A DNA stretch of 64,000 nucleotides, from contig NC_042999.1 in assembly GCF_006345805.1 (NCBI RefSeq), positions 52,824,001 through 52,888,000 on the forward strand. Reading direction: 5' to 3'. Source of the DNA: Octopus sinensis (taxonomy: Eukaryota). A program made the position numbers and the translations under genes. This document shows positions 1 through 13,310 of the stretch, piece by piece; the stretch's first letter is position 1; every line of letters begins with the position of its first letter. The notes beneath the pieces are model-generated. The model made no database searches. It saw nothing but the letters and a program-made list of their open reading frames with translations, and was not told the origin of the DNA.

Positions 1-101
1 ATAAGATTTCTCACCTTCTCGAGCGTCAAACTAATACTCCTTCTTGTAGTTTATACACCCGTCTTCGCCTTTTGTTTTCCTGTAAATTTCAACTATATAT
101 A
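1..101 (+). mobile_element. Tail fragment of a PLE-type terminal repeat (HHR part would lie upstream of the window)
   Basis: GAGCGTCAAACTAATAC...TACACCCGTCTTCGCCTTTTGTTTT resembles the sequence just downstream of the HHR-like motifs at 10248-10330 and 58297-58370. Confidence 0.4.
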
Positions 102-1399
102 TGTAGGTGAAAACTAAACTGATTGCCGAAGCATCAACAATGATACAACTTTCCCTGATTTTATTTCAATTATTTTCAGTAGTCGACTCAATGTCTGAAA
201 TGTATTCGGTATGTTATTATGATCATTGAAATTGGCCTTAGATTCTGAGTACGGATGTAATCATATCGGCATTCCGTTTCTATTCGCTGGTTTTTCCACC
301 ATCAAGCACCGGAAAATTATACTGCAGATTCTTATCACTAATTTGAATTGTAATAAATGGGAAATAAAGTGAAATGAGATATCATGGAAGACACAAAGAT
401 ATTAAATCTTAATTTCAATATATTTAAACTTTTGATTTACAATATTCAAAAATAAATGCTCACTACCTCGATAAAAATGAGAAATATCTCATAAAACTAT
501 AAATATAATTTCAAAATGTTTGAAAGCAGTAACAAAATATATGAATTCTAGATTACGTTTAGTAGAGAAAAATTATCATTGTGGCTTCGTGTTAATTAAC
601 AATAACAAAATTTGAAACGGTGGAATTGGTCGCCTTTCATGTTTTATACGCAAGCGAAAAGTAAACAGTAAGAAAAACAAAAATATAGTTGGATATATAA
701 TTTTAACATTTTGGACCAATAAAGCATTCGAGTCCCAGCCAGACGTGGAGTTCAGGAATATGTTAATGTAAACAATTTACTAATATTTTACGTGATTATA
801 TATATATTCATTATAACATCAGGTCATATATTATCTACAATTTTTTTACAGGTTCTTAAAATTAAATATATTCGCATAACAATGTATATGTGAATCCCTA
901 TAACGTAGAGGCTAAGCTAGTTTAAACATCATTTGATATAAAGGACTATGAGTACAGTTCCAGTCTGAGCGGTGACACAATGTAAAAGGGAGTTTGCGTT
1001 GAGTTAAGGCTATATAAGGAACAAAATATCGTGCACTGAACAAATTAGAAGACAGAAGTCAGGCATGAACTCGAAATAAACTGCAAATAGAAGAGGGACG
1101 CAATATTTGACGTGTGTGTAAACCAAAAGCCGAAAAACTGGCATATTACAGCATAAGAGAAAAATAATACATGAAATTTCTCATTCGTGAATCTTCAAAT
1201 AAAGTGACAGCGATGTCGAACACGCTCTGACGCTTCTAATACGTTCAGTTGTGTCAATAGCTTGTTTCTAAATTTACAAGGGAAATGCTGCAGAACAAGA
1301 CGTTGAATTAAACATCACTTGCACAAGTTTAAGTAAACTTATGATAACTTTGTTTGTCATTGCGTCACTTAAACCGTCTCTAACGCTTTCATGTGATTA

Positions 1400-1735
1400 G
1401 AGGAAAAGAGGGAGGGAGAAAAGACGGAGGGAGAAAAGAAGGAGAGAAAAGTAGGAGTGGAAAGCGTCTATGATGTTTGATGGAGAGGATGTAATTATAA
1501 CACTTTCACGTGATTAGTTGAAAGGAAAGAGAAGAAAACGAAAAGGAGTGAGAAAGAGAGGATGAAGCAAAGATTCAGAGAGAGAAAGTAAAAGGAAAGG
1601 GAAGCATTCATGACGTGAGGTAGGAGGAAGATGAGGAGAATTAAAAGTATAACTTTAGCAGAGGGGTGTTGTCTTGATGGTGAGGTTAAAGAAAGGTAGA
1701 GAGAGAGGAGGATGATAAGGTGGGGTGGTAATTGG
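1400..1735. repeat. Purine-rich (GA) low-complexity tract with decayed internal duplication
   Basis: G/A runs; TAACGCTTTCATGTGATTAG (1381) recurs as TAACACTTTCACGTGATTAG (1499). Confidence 0.6.
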
Positions 1736-4321
1736 ATTGTGCATTTAAAAAAAAATTGAAAAGTATATTTTTTAAAACTGAACCAAGTTTTTTTTTATAT
1801 CACCTATCGTTTAAGTACAATTCCGTGGAATATTCACGCTTATTCGCGTGTCAGATATACGCAATTTAACTAAAGGTTGTATCATATTTAGTAGATATTG
1901 AGTGAAAGTGGAAAAATAAGAGTGAATATTTATTTTATGAGTGTTGTGTATGAAGTCTATAAAACTGTGCATAAAGTATATAAAGTGTATATATAAAGTG
2001 CATTAAGTAATCATCGTATTCCAGTTTCTTTCACTTTTCAATGAGTAGCAGAACAGCAACTATCTGTCCAGACAGACACAACACATGCTACGCTTTCAGG
2101 TTTTTTGGATAAAGTTTTCAGAAATAACCCAGTAGGTTTAACGTTAATTCCGTAAAATATTCACGGGTCTCGCTAGTAAAAATAAATGTAGAATCTTACG
2201 CTTAAGACCAGACAGAAGTTTGCCAGAACAACATTAGGGCAAACTATTTTACGGTCTTCTGACCAAGGCTTATAGCTTCCAGCTAAGATTATTGCCAACG
2301 TTAAATATATTGATCCAGCAAGGAGGTGTTCGATCTCATGGTGAGGTTTAGTTGACGGTTAATAAAGAGAAGCAGGATCTTTTCACTTTGACCGGCAGAT
2401 TTAAAAACTAATATTTTGTAACTAAAAACTTTTAAACTTTGTATACTGGCAGAATGTGTCACATAAAACATCTTTCTCTCTTGGCGTTCTTGAGAAAATT
2501 CTGTAGTTTGTAAGCTATATGTTGTTAAATTTCTCGTATTTCGGCAATTTCAACCAATCAATTACGTCTGTTGAGGTAAAATACAATTACTGCTGTTGTT
2601 TGTCAACAAGAAGTTCCGGCGGTGTATATTTCGTTTAAGAAACAGATTGAAATGCAATAAAATAGATCGATACTCGGTCGCCGGCAACGGATACCTCAAC
2701 TTATATGAAACATTAAACATACATTATGAGGGCTAAACCGATTAAAACGATTACGATGTAGAGGGCATTAGTAATGAGCTACGGATGATTAAATAGTCAA
2801 TTAATTATCTTATTAGTTGATTGATTTGGTTAGCAATAGCAAAACCTATAGGTGTAAGGTTTACTCTATATTATTCATTCGAATGTCTTGCTCGCATACA
2901 AATCAACGTCCTTCAATATAAGAATATTCTTTTGTGGTTTTAGGATACGATTGCCATTTCAAGCATGCGAGAAATCCACATCCACATGGGTCGTATATAC
3001 ACCATTATATATATATATATATACACTATTTTATATATATACACTATTATATATATATATATATAGTCGGTAGGTAGATAGATAGACATAGATATGGAAA
3101 ACTTGACAACTTGTGCTCATAGAAAGGACCCGGATGTCTATTATAGCGATTATATTTCAAGCACTGTTGTCGTTAGGATATCTTTAATTTGCATCAAATT
3201 ATCAGTTAATTGATAATTTGTAAATGTACTTCATTTGTGATCGAATACGATGAAGATACACCAATATTATCAAACTACTGAGCTTCACCAATAAACGTAT
3301 ATATAATGTGTTTGATAGCTTCTAATTTAAAACTTGGAAGATGGAAACCAAAACACTGCTCTAGCAGTAAGGATAATACCTGACATGGTGACAGCTGCAG
3401 TTCAGGTCTGTACTAGTTGCGTACATGGGGGTAGTTATGACATTAAGTAGTTCCCTATTAGCTTAAAATTGCTACGATCATTTAGATGAAATTTCAGTAC
3501 AAATATAACCTTCCTGTCAGACACACGACATTCCAGGAATTTCAGATATTGATTACTTATTCTTAGACATGAGGTTTATTTATCTGTGTCAGCAAGGAAA
3601 TATTAAAATAGATTATACATTTTGGAACTAATGTCTTCGGACGATTAATAACGGAAAACATATTCTACTAACTTCAAACTAAGAATCACATATAAAACGA
3701 AATAATTTAAAGCATTTGAACAACTAAGATTTGGTGCCAAACACTGACAATGCTGCAGATGTATGTAATTTCTCTTGGTCCATATTAATTTACTTCCCTC
3801 TTTTTTTTCTCTCAATGTCAGCTATATCAATTGTCAGTAGACATTTAAGCTACTAAGAGGAATTATCTTTTTCGCTAATCCGTCTCAAAGAATGATCGCA
3901 CCAAACTCAACCTCTTTATTTTCCCATTAATAAGCTTACATTTGTCAGTGCATCGTCATATCGTCTGTGACGACAGTATTTTGACGTGTATTTCTTCTGT
4001 TTAACATGGTTCGCCAGTTGATACATTATGAATGCCAATTTGTTCAACTTCTCTGAACATTGTGATTACGTTGAACTCAGTAATAATGTTGGTATTTTCT
4101 TCTGCTCAAATCAACAATTGACCATTATTCGTCCACGTTTGCATATGATACAAGTGTATTCAGCTATAATTGTCATCACAGTCATATCTTAACGACTCTG
4201 TTTACAATTTCTTCAGCAATTCTCATAATTGCAAATTATGCCATTGCTAACATTTCTTTTGTCTTCTTGTTGCATTTTATTGTAATGATTGTTTTTGTTA
4301 TTGTATTGTTAGAATAGTGTC

Positions 4322-4632
4322 AAGGCGCGTGAATCAAATATTCAGTTTACAATCGGAAGGTCGTGCGTTCGATTTCCGGTAGCGCTTTATGCCCTTGAAC
4401 AAGACACTTTATTTCACAATGCTCCAGTCCACACACCAGGAAAAATGAGTTGTACTTGCATTTTAAAGGGCCAGCTTTGAGATATTTTGTATCATGCTGA
4501 AGCTCCCTGAGAACTACGTTAAGGGTACACGTGTCTATGGAGTACTCAGCCACATGCATGTTAATATAACGAACAGGCTGCTCCGTTGATCAGATCCACT
4601 GGAACCCACGTCATCATAACCGACGGAGTACC
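4322..4632 (+). mobile_element. tRNA-derived SINE, head type D (AAGGCGCGTG) with tail T1
   Basis: B-box-like GTTCGATTTC, CCTTGAACAAGACACTTTA core, 3' tail shared with copies at 16265 and 31211. Confidence 0.7.
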
Positions 4633-4685
4633 AGTTTACATTATTTACATTTGACGGATATTCGTCCTCATCTTGTTTGTTGCTA

Positions 4686-4729
4686 ACACAAAGTTTCAGC
4701 TGATATACCCTCCAGCCTCCATCAGGTGT
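4686..4729 (-). ncRNA. Minimal type-I hammerhead motif, family H1, mutated (CUGAUGG; GAAACU)
   Basis: Reverse strand reads acac-CTGATGG-a-ggctgg/agggtata/tcagct-GAAA-ct-TT-gtgt. Confidence 0.6.
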
Positions 4730-5045
4730 CTTGGGGAAATTTCGAAATTTCGAACCTGAGGTATTTTTCGATGTTGTTATTGTTGTTATTATTATTCAGG
4801 TTGGAATATTGGAGTTAGTAGCCCGCACTCTTAACCACTACGCCATATGCTCGTGGGCAATCATGGAGTGAATTTTAGGGTTTATAAATCTAATATTTTT
4901 CTATCCTTCCTTAATACCGGTTCCCATATGCTATTCATATCTGCACTCGGTCCTAGCATGTCTGCTGCTTCTTTCAGTTTTCGTATTTTCCAGTGGTGTT
5001 CTTTGTCCTGATGTCATATGGTCTGTATATCTTTTGTATCTTTTC

Positions 5046-5764
5046 GGAGCTAGCATTCCTGTACGTATTAATACCACGCACCAAGTACGGGTTCAAGGCA
5101 TCCGTATACCGCAAGCTGACCTTCACTGGACAGTACCTCAACTTCAATTCCCACCATCCACACAGTGGAAAGAGTGGGATTGCTCAATGCCTAAAACATC
5201 GGGCAATGAATATAAGTAGCGATCGTGATACACACCACGAAGAAATGATCAAGCTCAGTAACAATCTATTAAGCAGCAACTATCCCAGAAACATACTATC
5301 CACTCCAATTATGATGAAAAGATACAAAAGATAAGCGGCCCATATGACATCAGGATAGTATTCAAGAGTAATACAACACTTCGCAAATATCTCCTTCGAG
5401 TAAAACCACCCATAGAAGAGAATATGACCAAAAACTAGTGTACTCTATCCCATGCAGATGTGGTAGGTTATACAAAGGCGAAGCATGCCCTCAACAAAAA
5501 ATAATGATAGAGGAACATCGCAAAGATCTGACACGAGATGTTGATAAATCGGGTATAGCTGAACATGTATGGAAAAATGGAGACCACCACACCCTGTGGG
5601 ATGAAGTTAAAATAATAGGCAGAGAAAACCGCTGGAAAATGCGAAAACTAAAAGAAGCATCACATATGCTAGGACACAACAAACTCCTAAGCAGACCGAG
5701 TTCAGATATGAATAGTATGTGGGAACCGGTATTAAGGAATGATAGGAAAATATTAGATTTATAA
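5046..5764 (+). pseudogene. PLE RT-thumb and GIY-YIG endonuclease remnant (deletion, frameshift, stop)
   Basis: VYRKLTFTGQYLNFNSHHP...RAMNISS...NYP and VYSIPCRCGRLYKGE...IEEH...SGIAEHVW...RKLKEA match PLE consensus motifs. Confidence 0.85.
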
Positions 5765-5883
5765 GCCCTAAAATTCACTCCAAAATTGCCCACGGGCATA
5801 TGGCATAGTGGTTAAGAGCGCGGGATACTAACCCCAAGTTCGATTCGGGGCAGTGATCTGAATGATAATAAAAATTCGAATAA

Positions 5884-5927
5884 ATAGCTTATGAAGGCTG
5901 GTGTTTATATCAGCCGAAACGTTGTGT
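5884..5927 (+). ncRNA. Minimal hammerhead motif, family H1, core mutated (CUUAUGA)
   Basis: CTTATGA-a-ggctgg/tgtttata/tcagcc-GAAA-cg-TT-gtgt. Confidence 0.6.
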
Positions 5928-5976
5928 TAACAACAAACAAGATGAGGACAAAAATCGGTCAAATGTAAATAATGTA

Positions 5977-6200
5977 ATGGGCTGGCAACTGATGCAGAAT
6001 TGAGACCTTGTTGGTCACTTTTTCGAGTCGAAATCGGGTGATTTCTACCAACGAGGTATTGAAAATCTTGTTGAACGTTGGGAAGAAGTTGTAAACAACA
6101 AGGGTGAATACATTATCGATTAATTAGTTGTTAATTTTTAACTAAATCTTTAAAAAATGTAAATTAAAATAAAACGGCAGGAACATAGTTGCTAACCCAA
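5977..6200 (+). mobile_element. Internally deleted mariner (MITE-like) inserted at a TA in the PLE terminal repeat
   Basis: Imperfect TIRs ATGGGCTGGCAACT / AGTTGCTAACCCAA, TA on both sides, encodes mariner C-terminus FYQRGIENLVERWEEVVNNKGEYIID*; host motif AATGTA|CATAATTCCTCATC is split around it. Confidence 0.8.
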
Positions 6201-7034
6201 TACATAATTCCTCATCACTTAAATATAGAGCTGGAGTACAAGTTGTCAGAATAGTGGAGCAATAGAAAATGCCTCTTGCCAGACAAACTAATTTCCTGTA
6301 TCTAGATATTGTGTTTATGTGGTCGAGAAGAGAATCCCATTATTCATTTAAGATGACATTCGAAACGGCAAGCACCTACACATCAACAATACCTTTCTAA
6401 AATCGAAATAGATCTGCACGACCTTATAACATGTTTATGAGGAAGCTTTGATTTTATCATTGTTAAAGCTGCTGGCTCAATGTTTTACACAGTTTGAAAA
6501 TAACTAACTTAAAAATCAATGAACAAAGAGAGAAGTTCATTTAGTCGTGTTTATTTTTTTCTCTCCATCAGTGGTCAATCAAATGCACAGCAGACTGTCA
6601 GTCAAATAGCACCACTTACATGGAATGGAAATTCTAAATTAATCTTTGAACAAAAGAAACTGAATTTTCAAGTATTCGAAACAAAGCATTTCCCATTTTC
6701 TTTACAAATAGTATGAATGCTTTCCAAAAATGTAAAATTAATCTCAGCTACGATGTCATCACTACTCCATATTGTTACAGATTAAGATATATCTACGTCT
6801 TCAAAACTAGCTCTCCTCCTCCTTTAATTACATGATAGCAATTATCTACATTAATTTAATTAAGACGAATGCTGGCATTAATTGTTCATGAACAATAAAC
6901 TCTCAGAAACGTATTGTAACAAGTTGGATATGAAACTTATTTGTATCGGAAGAGAATAACTTGTGGTCTTCCTGGAAATGCGTTGATTTCTAAGCAATAA
7001 CGAATTAGTAAAGATACAGTTATATATATATATA

Positions 7035-7061
7035 CTAGATCTATTATTAGTTTAGTGGCAT

Positions 7062-7109
<48 letters not shown>

Positions 7110-7143
7110 TAGATCTATTATTAGTTTAGTGGCATTGATATAT

Positions 7144-7188
<45 letters not shown>

Positions 7189-7226
7189 TATATATACTAG
7201 ATCTATTATTAGTTTAGTGCCATTGA
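7035..7226. repeat. Three copies of a 30-mer separated by (TA)n tracts
   Basis: CTAGATCTATTATTAGTTTAGTGGCATTGA at 7035, 7109 and 7197 (last copy has one mismatch). Confidence 0.9.
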
Positions 7227-7627
7227 TATAGCTGTAGCTAATTGAGGATATTTATATAGCTGGTTCGTTTCCGGTATGTAGGAGTATACACCCTTTTCAT
7301 TGAAATTTACTATAGAAAATCGCAGATCTGTATATATGCGTACACTAAAGTGAGTACATGTGCATATGTATATACACTAGTGGCCGAGTTCATATTGCAG
7401 ATCTCAGTGAAATAAATATGTATATATTTATAGACACAGAAGCTGTAAGTCACAGATACGCCTATTGTAATACATGCATTCATAGAGGTTCACAAATATA
7501 TAATTAATAAAAAAGAACACATATTTACCTCACACACACACACATACACATACACATATACACACACTCACATATATACACACAGAGAGAGAATAACGCA
7601 CATGTGTGTGTGTATATGAATTGAACA

Positions 7628-7843
7628 TACTCTTTACTCTTTACTCTTTTACTTGTTTCAGTCATTTGACTGCGGCCATGCTGGAGTACCGCCTTTAGTC
7701 GAACAAATCGACCCCGGGACTTATTCTTTGTAAGCCCAGTACTTATTCTATCGGTCTCTTTTGCCGAACCGCTAAGTGACGGGGACGTAAACACACCAGC
7801 ATCGGTTGTCAAGCAATGCTAGGGGGACAAACACACACAAACA

Positions 7844-7931
<88 letters not shown>

Positions 7932-8102
7932 CATATATATACACGACAGGCTTCTTTCAGTTTCCGTCTACCAAATCCACTCAAAAGGCTTTGGTCGGCC
8001 CGAGGCTATAGTAGAAGACACTTACCCAAGGTGCCACGCAGTGGGAATGAGCCCGGAACCACGTGGTTGGTAAGCAAGCTACTTACCACACAGCCACTCC
8101 TG

Positions 8103-8104
<2 letters not shown>
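7628..8104 (-). mobile_element. tRNA-derived SINE family B with internal (CA)/(TA) microsatellite
   Basis: Reverse complement of the 40490 and 48758 copies; head GGAGTGGCTGTGTGGTAAG, CCTTGGGTAAGTGTCTT core, (AAAGAGT)n tail. Confidence 0.9.
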
Positions 8105-8169
<65 letters not shown>

Positions 8170-9136
8170 ATATATGCATATATATATACATGCATATATA
8201 TACATATATATATTATTTGTACTATATATATATAAACATATACATATGCATATATACACATCAGTGGCATGCAGTCGAGGCATGGTAGTCATGCACTGCA
8301 TGGCCGTTGAAATATATAAAATTCATACATCAATTTAAGAACGTAATGTATTTATAACCACATTGTAAAGTTGTCCAAATCATTGGAAACTGAACTGAAA
8401 TAGTTACTTTGTATCAAAGGAAACCTGTCCGGATTGATACTTCACTGTATTTCCATTTTGCTTGCACTAGGCAGGCTGAAAGAAAGACGCATATGGAATC
8501 TTTTGTCTCCCTGCTTCCTATCTTTCAATAACTATCATTTCAATATCAGTAAGATAATTTTTATTTCGATAAAATATCTACGGAAGGCATGCTTTCAGAA
8601 AAACGGCGACAGGCTAAATGGTTGAATGATTTTAACTTTTCGACCCATAAAAATTCTGACCAAAACATATCAGCAATCCCATAATACTTAATTAATCTGC
8701 TCAAATGTTGCCGTGACTTTGGAATATCTATTTCGCTGTGTCGTAAGTTTTGAAACTATTATCATTAACCATCCTCTGTATTGAACAAAAAAATTCTGAA
8801 ATCAGAAATATAATATAAATAATTAATCTTTCGTTGATTTACTAAAATTATCTTTCCGTTTTGTTAAAAGTGATATACAATTCCCGATCGCAGTAAAATG
8901 AGGTAATCGGTGACAAAGAGAAATTAAAGTGTTCATTGAAATTTTGAGGCTACGATTTTCGCCATTTTTTTTCACAACCTGAATCTCTATAGCCGAAAAC
9001 GTGGGTTTTCGTATAAAAAAAATGCTTAAAGGAGGGAGAGAGGGTTACTTTCCGCCATGTGCGCCAAGTATTTATTGCATGATCAACCTCAGAAATCACT
9101 GCACGCCACTGATACATCTCTCTATCTCTCTCCTTC

Positions 9137-9144
9137 CCTCCTCC

Positions 9145-9230
<86 letters not shown>

Positions 9231-9232
9231 CG

Positions 9233-9300
<68 letters not shown>

Positions 9301-9333
9301 ATATCTATCTCTCTCTCTCTCTCTCTCTCTCTT

Positions 9334-9408
<75 letters not shown>

Positions 9409-9415
9409 TATACAG
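9137..9415. repeat. Compound microsatellite (TATC)n-(TC)n-(TA)n
   Basis: Directly visible. Confidence 0.95.
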
Positions 9416-10059
9416 ACATATATTTTTTCCACTTTAATAATCAGACGGTTATACTTTGTTAGGCGTTTGAAAAAGGTGACTCTGCTGTTTCTTAAAAGAG
9501 ATGTTTACAAACTGATATTTCAGAGTTTGTTATCCATGCTGTAGGCAGGGCTCTTTAACTAGAATCATATACATACATGCACACACACACAGACGTACAC
9601 AGACACAAATATATACACACACAGAAACACAAGCACACCCATGTATATACATTCATATATACATAAACATACATGTACGCATGCACATATATTCATATAT
9701 ACATACACTTATATACACATGTGTGTATATGAAAGTGAGGAAAGGGGTATGAAGTAGACCAAGAATAAAAAATACAATCGTTTGCTGGTCATTTCGGTTG
9801 ATGCACAGTTTCGGTTTCGTGTAGATGAGAAGCTCTATCATTTGTTTCCTTTGTGTTTGTAATATATTCTTAACCTGTGCCACTACTTATATGTTCTCCA
9901 AATGGTGTTTTATCAGAATTATTCAATCATCCTATAATTGCAACAAGTATGTTTCCTGTACGAGATGTGTTATTTGGGCTATTTTAGAGGGCGTGCGTTT
10001 ACCATATCTACTTAGGAGTATTTGTTCTTATGTTCTGCTAAGTCTTTGAACACTATTCT

Positions 10060-10330
10060 GTTATAATAACCGTTATTAAATAAAGCTTCTAATTACTCCA
10101 TGGGACGCCATGATAGATCGTTAGCTCCTACACGCATTTTTTTCTCTCCTTGTTTCTCTCCTTGTTTCTCTCCTTGTTTTTTTCTGCGTATCTTTCTGTC
10201 GAAGAGCGTAGGTTCGAAACGTAAATGACTTTTTCTATTTCTATTCCTGAGCGCCATACTAATACATTTGTTTGTTTGTACTCCACCTGCCTTCGTTTTT
10301 TGTTTATTTTCGCAAACTTTCCCGTTCTAA
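10060..10330 (+). mobile_element. Solo PLE-type terminal repeat carrying an HHR-like motif (10191-10228)
   Basis: tcttt-CTGTCGA-a-GAGC/gtag/GTTC-GAAA-cg-TA-aatga; downstream tail similar to 1-101 and 58297-58370. Confidence 0.55.
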
Positions 10331-12134
10331 TTACACGTCAGATATCTATTTAAATGTTGTTTCTGAATGAAAATTTAAAAGATCACCGAAAAAAAAAAGG
10401 GTTTTAATAAAGTCTCCTCCGGCTTAATGAATCGTGGTTTGTATATTATTCTAAAAACATTCTCTTTTTTGACTTTATTTGATGTGTGATTTTGGTAGAA
10501 CAAAAGTAAAGTGGAAAAACTAGGACTTGTTCGAAGCACATATGTGTAATTATTTACCATCTGTGAAACCTGTGAGGTATTAGTCTCTCGTATTTGTTGA
10601 CTATGAACATTGTGTATCTTTCTAAAGGTAACTTTCGTTTGCCTTTATAATATTCGGGAAAAGCTCGATTGATACTTCCTGTTATAAAGATAAACACCAT
10701 TCCCATACATTATTACACTTTATATTTCCTGTTATATATTTAACCAATTCTAAATTCGTGACATGCTCCAAGTAACAAAACGGGGGTTCAACTGAAGTCA
10801 ATTTTTACTATATTTTTCCATAAAATGAAATAATTTTACAAGCTCCTGACTGAGCTGTGACAAATTTAGCATGGCTCTAACTCTTTCCATGTAACACAAC
10901 TTTTAATAAATCGTGATACAGGTAATGTAATTATAAATATATGTTCACTTCGTTATCTGTCAACTTGAGAGTAGAATTATTTCGATGCCATGCAGTAGTC
11001 TTAATTTTTATCATGTTTTATCACTTTCAGTGGAGGGCTTTTGTTCTATTGATCTTTCTTTTCCCATATGAAATATATCGCTGATATAACAGCAATATAA
11101 TACAGTTACACATTGAGAAAGAGAATACGTGTTCAAAGATTAGTTTTCATAAAACTTAAACCACGTGTTTAATGAAATTTCTATGCAAATCAAGTAACTT
11201 TTATATTTTACCAAACTTCATAAAAAAAAAACGAAATAAACAATAAAAATGTATAACAGCTAAAATTGAGATCTAACGATTTAAAACAGTATTTTACAGT
11301 GGCTAGAACATCTAATCTGATACACAAACTCAAAAGCGTAGAAAAAAATAAGATTAATTGTAATCTTTGAATCATTTGACGTTCATGTTCACAGTTACAT
11401 TAAAGATATTAATAAAATTCTAAATGATTTACCAAACGAATCAGAAAGATTGAATATTGGTCTTTGTATGGCACCAATATTATAGCTTCTGATTTACATA
11501 GATTTACAAGGACATTTACTAACGCGCTTCAAAATTTTAAAATCAAAACTGATAATTTTATGATGAAAATAATTATCATTATTCAACGAAGAATGTTGCA
11601 AGTCAAAGCTTTTAGGTTGAAAGATGTCAAAGTTGGAAGATTCTTGTGTGTCTGGTAAATAAATTTTCTAATTAATGTGGTAAAATCTTTACTACAAATC
11701 TCCGATATAATTAAAAGCAATCTTGAAACAGTGTCTAAATGACTGCTTACTCCTGTGCAGCAAACTGAAAATATGTTTTAAAAAATCAATCTCTGTAACA
11801 TATAGTACAAGGATGTTTAACATGTAAATAGCAGCCGAAAAGAGAAAAAGACATCGCTGTTACAATCTTAAAATAATCTAGTACACATATGATAATGTTT
11901 TCATATATATTTCGAAAAAAGGGTCATAATCACAGCTAGAATATTTTGCTGTGCTCTTTTATAGAGTTCCTGTGGATACCCCTCCACAAAAATGAACAAA
12001 AACGGCCCGCAAATTGTTCAAGATATGTTAAACAAACTTCACCCGTTTTAAACTTGATAATACGTAATCAAAATGAATGATACTCAGAATTAACACTTTA
12101 AAACATTCCCAAATTTCCATAATAGGAAATAAAA

Positions 12135-12166
<32 letters not shown>

Positions 12167-12188
12167 GAACCCATCGATCTATATATAA

Positions 12189-12251
<63 letters not shown>

Positions 12252-12254
12252 ATA

Positions 12255-12297
<43 letters not shown>

Positions 12298-12596
12298 TAT
12301 ACATATATTGTTATTTGCCCTGTTCGTGTGAGCTAACAATCGTACTGACTTTCATGGGAAACATGTATTTTTGTGGTTGAAACCTTTTGGATTTACTAGT
12401 GCTAGAGTGAGCCACATAGTGACCACTCTCTTATATTTATTTTTGTATAAAATATTATAATATATTATAAAATATTATAATAATCCAGGTTTCTCGGGGC
12501 ACTGGGCCACTTGGTGTTGAATAGGTATACTATTAAATTAGTATCTAATTCTCTCACCCTTATTAATTAATTATATATATATATATATATAGAATC

Positions 12597-12770
12597 AATA
12601 GCACGTGGGGTGAAATGCTTAGCGGTGTTTCGGTTGCCGTTACGCTCTGAGTTCAAATTCCGCCGCGGTCGACTTTGCTTTTCATCCTTTCGGGGTCGAC
12701 AAATTAAGTACCAGTTACGCACTGGGGTCGATGTAACCGACTTAAGCCGTTTGTCTCCTCTTTTTCTTTT
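12597..12770 (+). mobile_element. tRNA-derived SINE family C, 5'-truncated
   Basis: GAAATGCTTAGCGG...GAGTTCAAATTCC...TTTCATCCTTTCGGGGTCGA shared with 14367, 15085, 33900 and 54126 copies. Confidence 0.85.
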
Positions 12771-12834
12771 GCCGCATTATTATGATCACAAAAGGATATT
12801 TATATAATCAGCAAACAGACTTTATTATTTTTGT

Positions 12835-13310
12835 ATTTTAGAACAGTATCCGGTTTATTAGCTCAGATGATTGTGTTTCTATGTAGAGGAAAGTCCACAG
12901 CGTCATTACACTTTCTCCTTTTGCTACAGCCTCATGTTGATGATTAAACCACTTCTCAACGTTTTCTAATTTATCACGTCGACATATTAACCAATGTAGA
13001 TGTTGGCCAAATCTGTCATGCTTTGATTTGTACTCTACTGATGCTAATGATTTACACACAGAAACTGAGTGGTTTACTGTTACAATTTCAACATTGCGGT
13101 ATCATCACTTGGATCTACTCCATTTTTCATCACATTGGGTTGGTAGTTCCGGATGAATAACATATTATCTTTACGAAGATGAAGCTTTCACTCTTTACTT
13201 TTAGCCTTGAGATTTGTAGCCACTGATTAGTGTGCTTCTGGTCAACATCAGTTTATTTGCTACGGGCCACATATTTGTTATGGAGAGGTTTCTGCTCACC
13301 CCGACCAGCT
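12835..13310 (-). pseudogene. Old, decayed R4/Dong-type retrotransposon fragment (zinc-knuckle to RLE region)
   Basis: Minus-strand remnants QKPLH, RNYQ.NVMKNG, HDRFGQHLHWLIC, KWFNHQHE, LWTFLYIET parallel the 21400-21850 and 34500-34860 proteins. Confidence 0.6.

Larger units (their letters stand above)
4636..6235 (+). mobile_element. Penelope-like retroelement, 5'-truncated, with an inverted partial copy (4636-5045) in front of the direct ORF remnant and terminal repeat (5046-6235)
   Basis: 4860-4995 is the reverse complement of ~5625-5790; 4996-5045 is the reverse complement of ~5315-5355; terminal repeat with tRNA-like head and HHR present in both orientations. Confidence 0.85.

Noticed and set aside
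180-208. 29-nt plus-strand microexon candidate (TTTTCAG|...TCG|GTATGT; VDSMSEMYS)
   Set aside because: Good splice motifs but too short to distinguish from chance; no homology recognised.
2390-2690. Possible MITE-like dispersed repeat
   Set aside because: No second copy or clean TIR/TSD within the window.
6572-6716. Strong plus-strand acceptor followed by an open frame
   Set aside because: Only weak donors and no recognisable protein.
7035-7226. CRISPR-like array
   Set aside because: Spacers are pure (TA)n, there are only three units, the context is eukaryotic and there are no cas genes.
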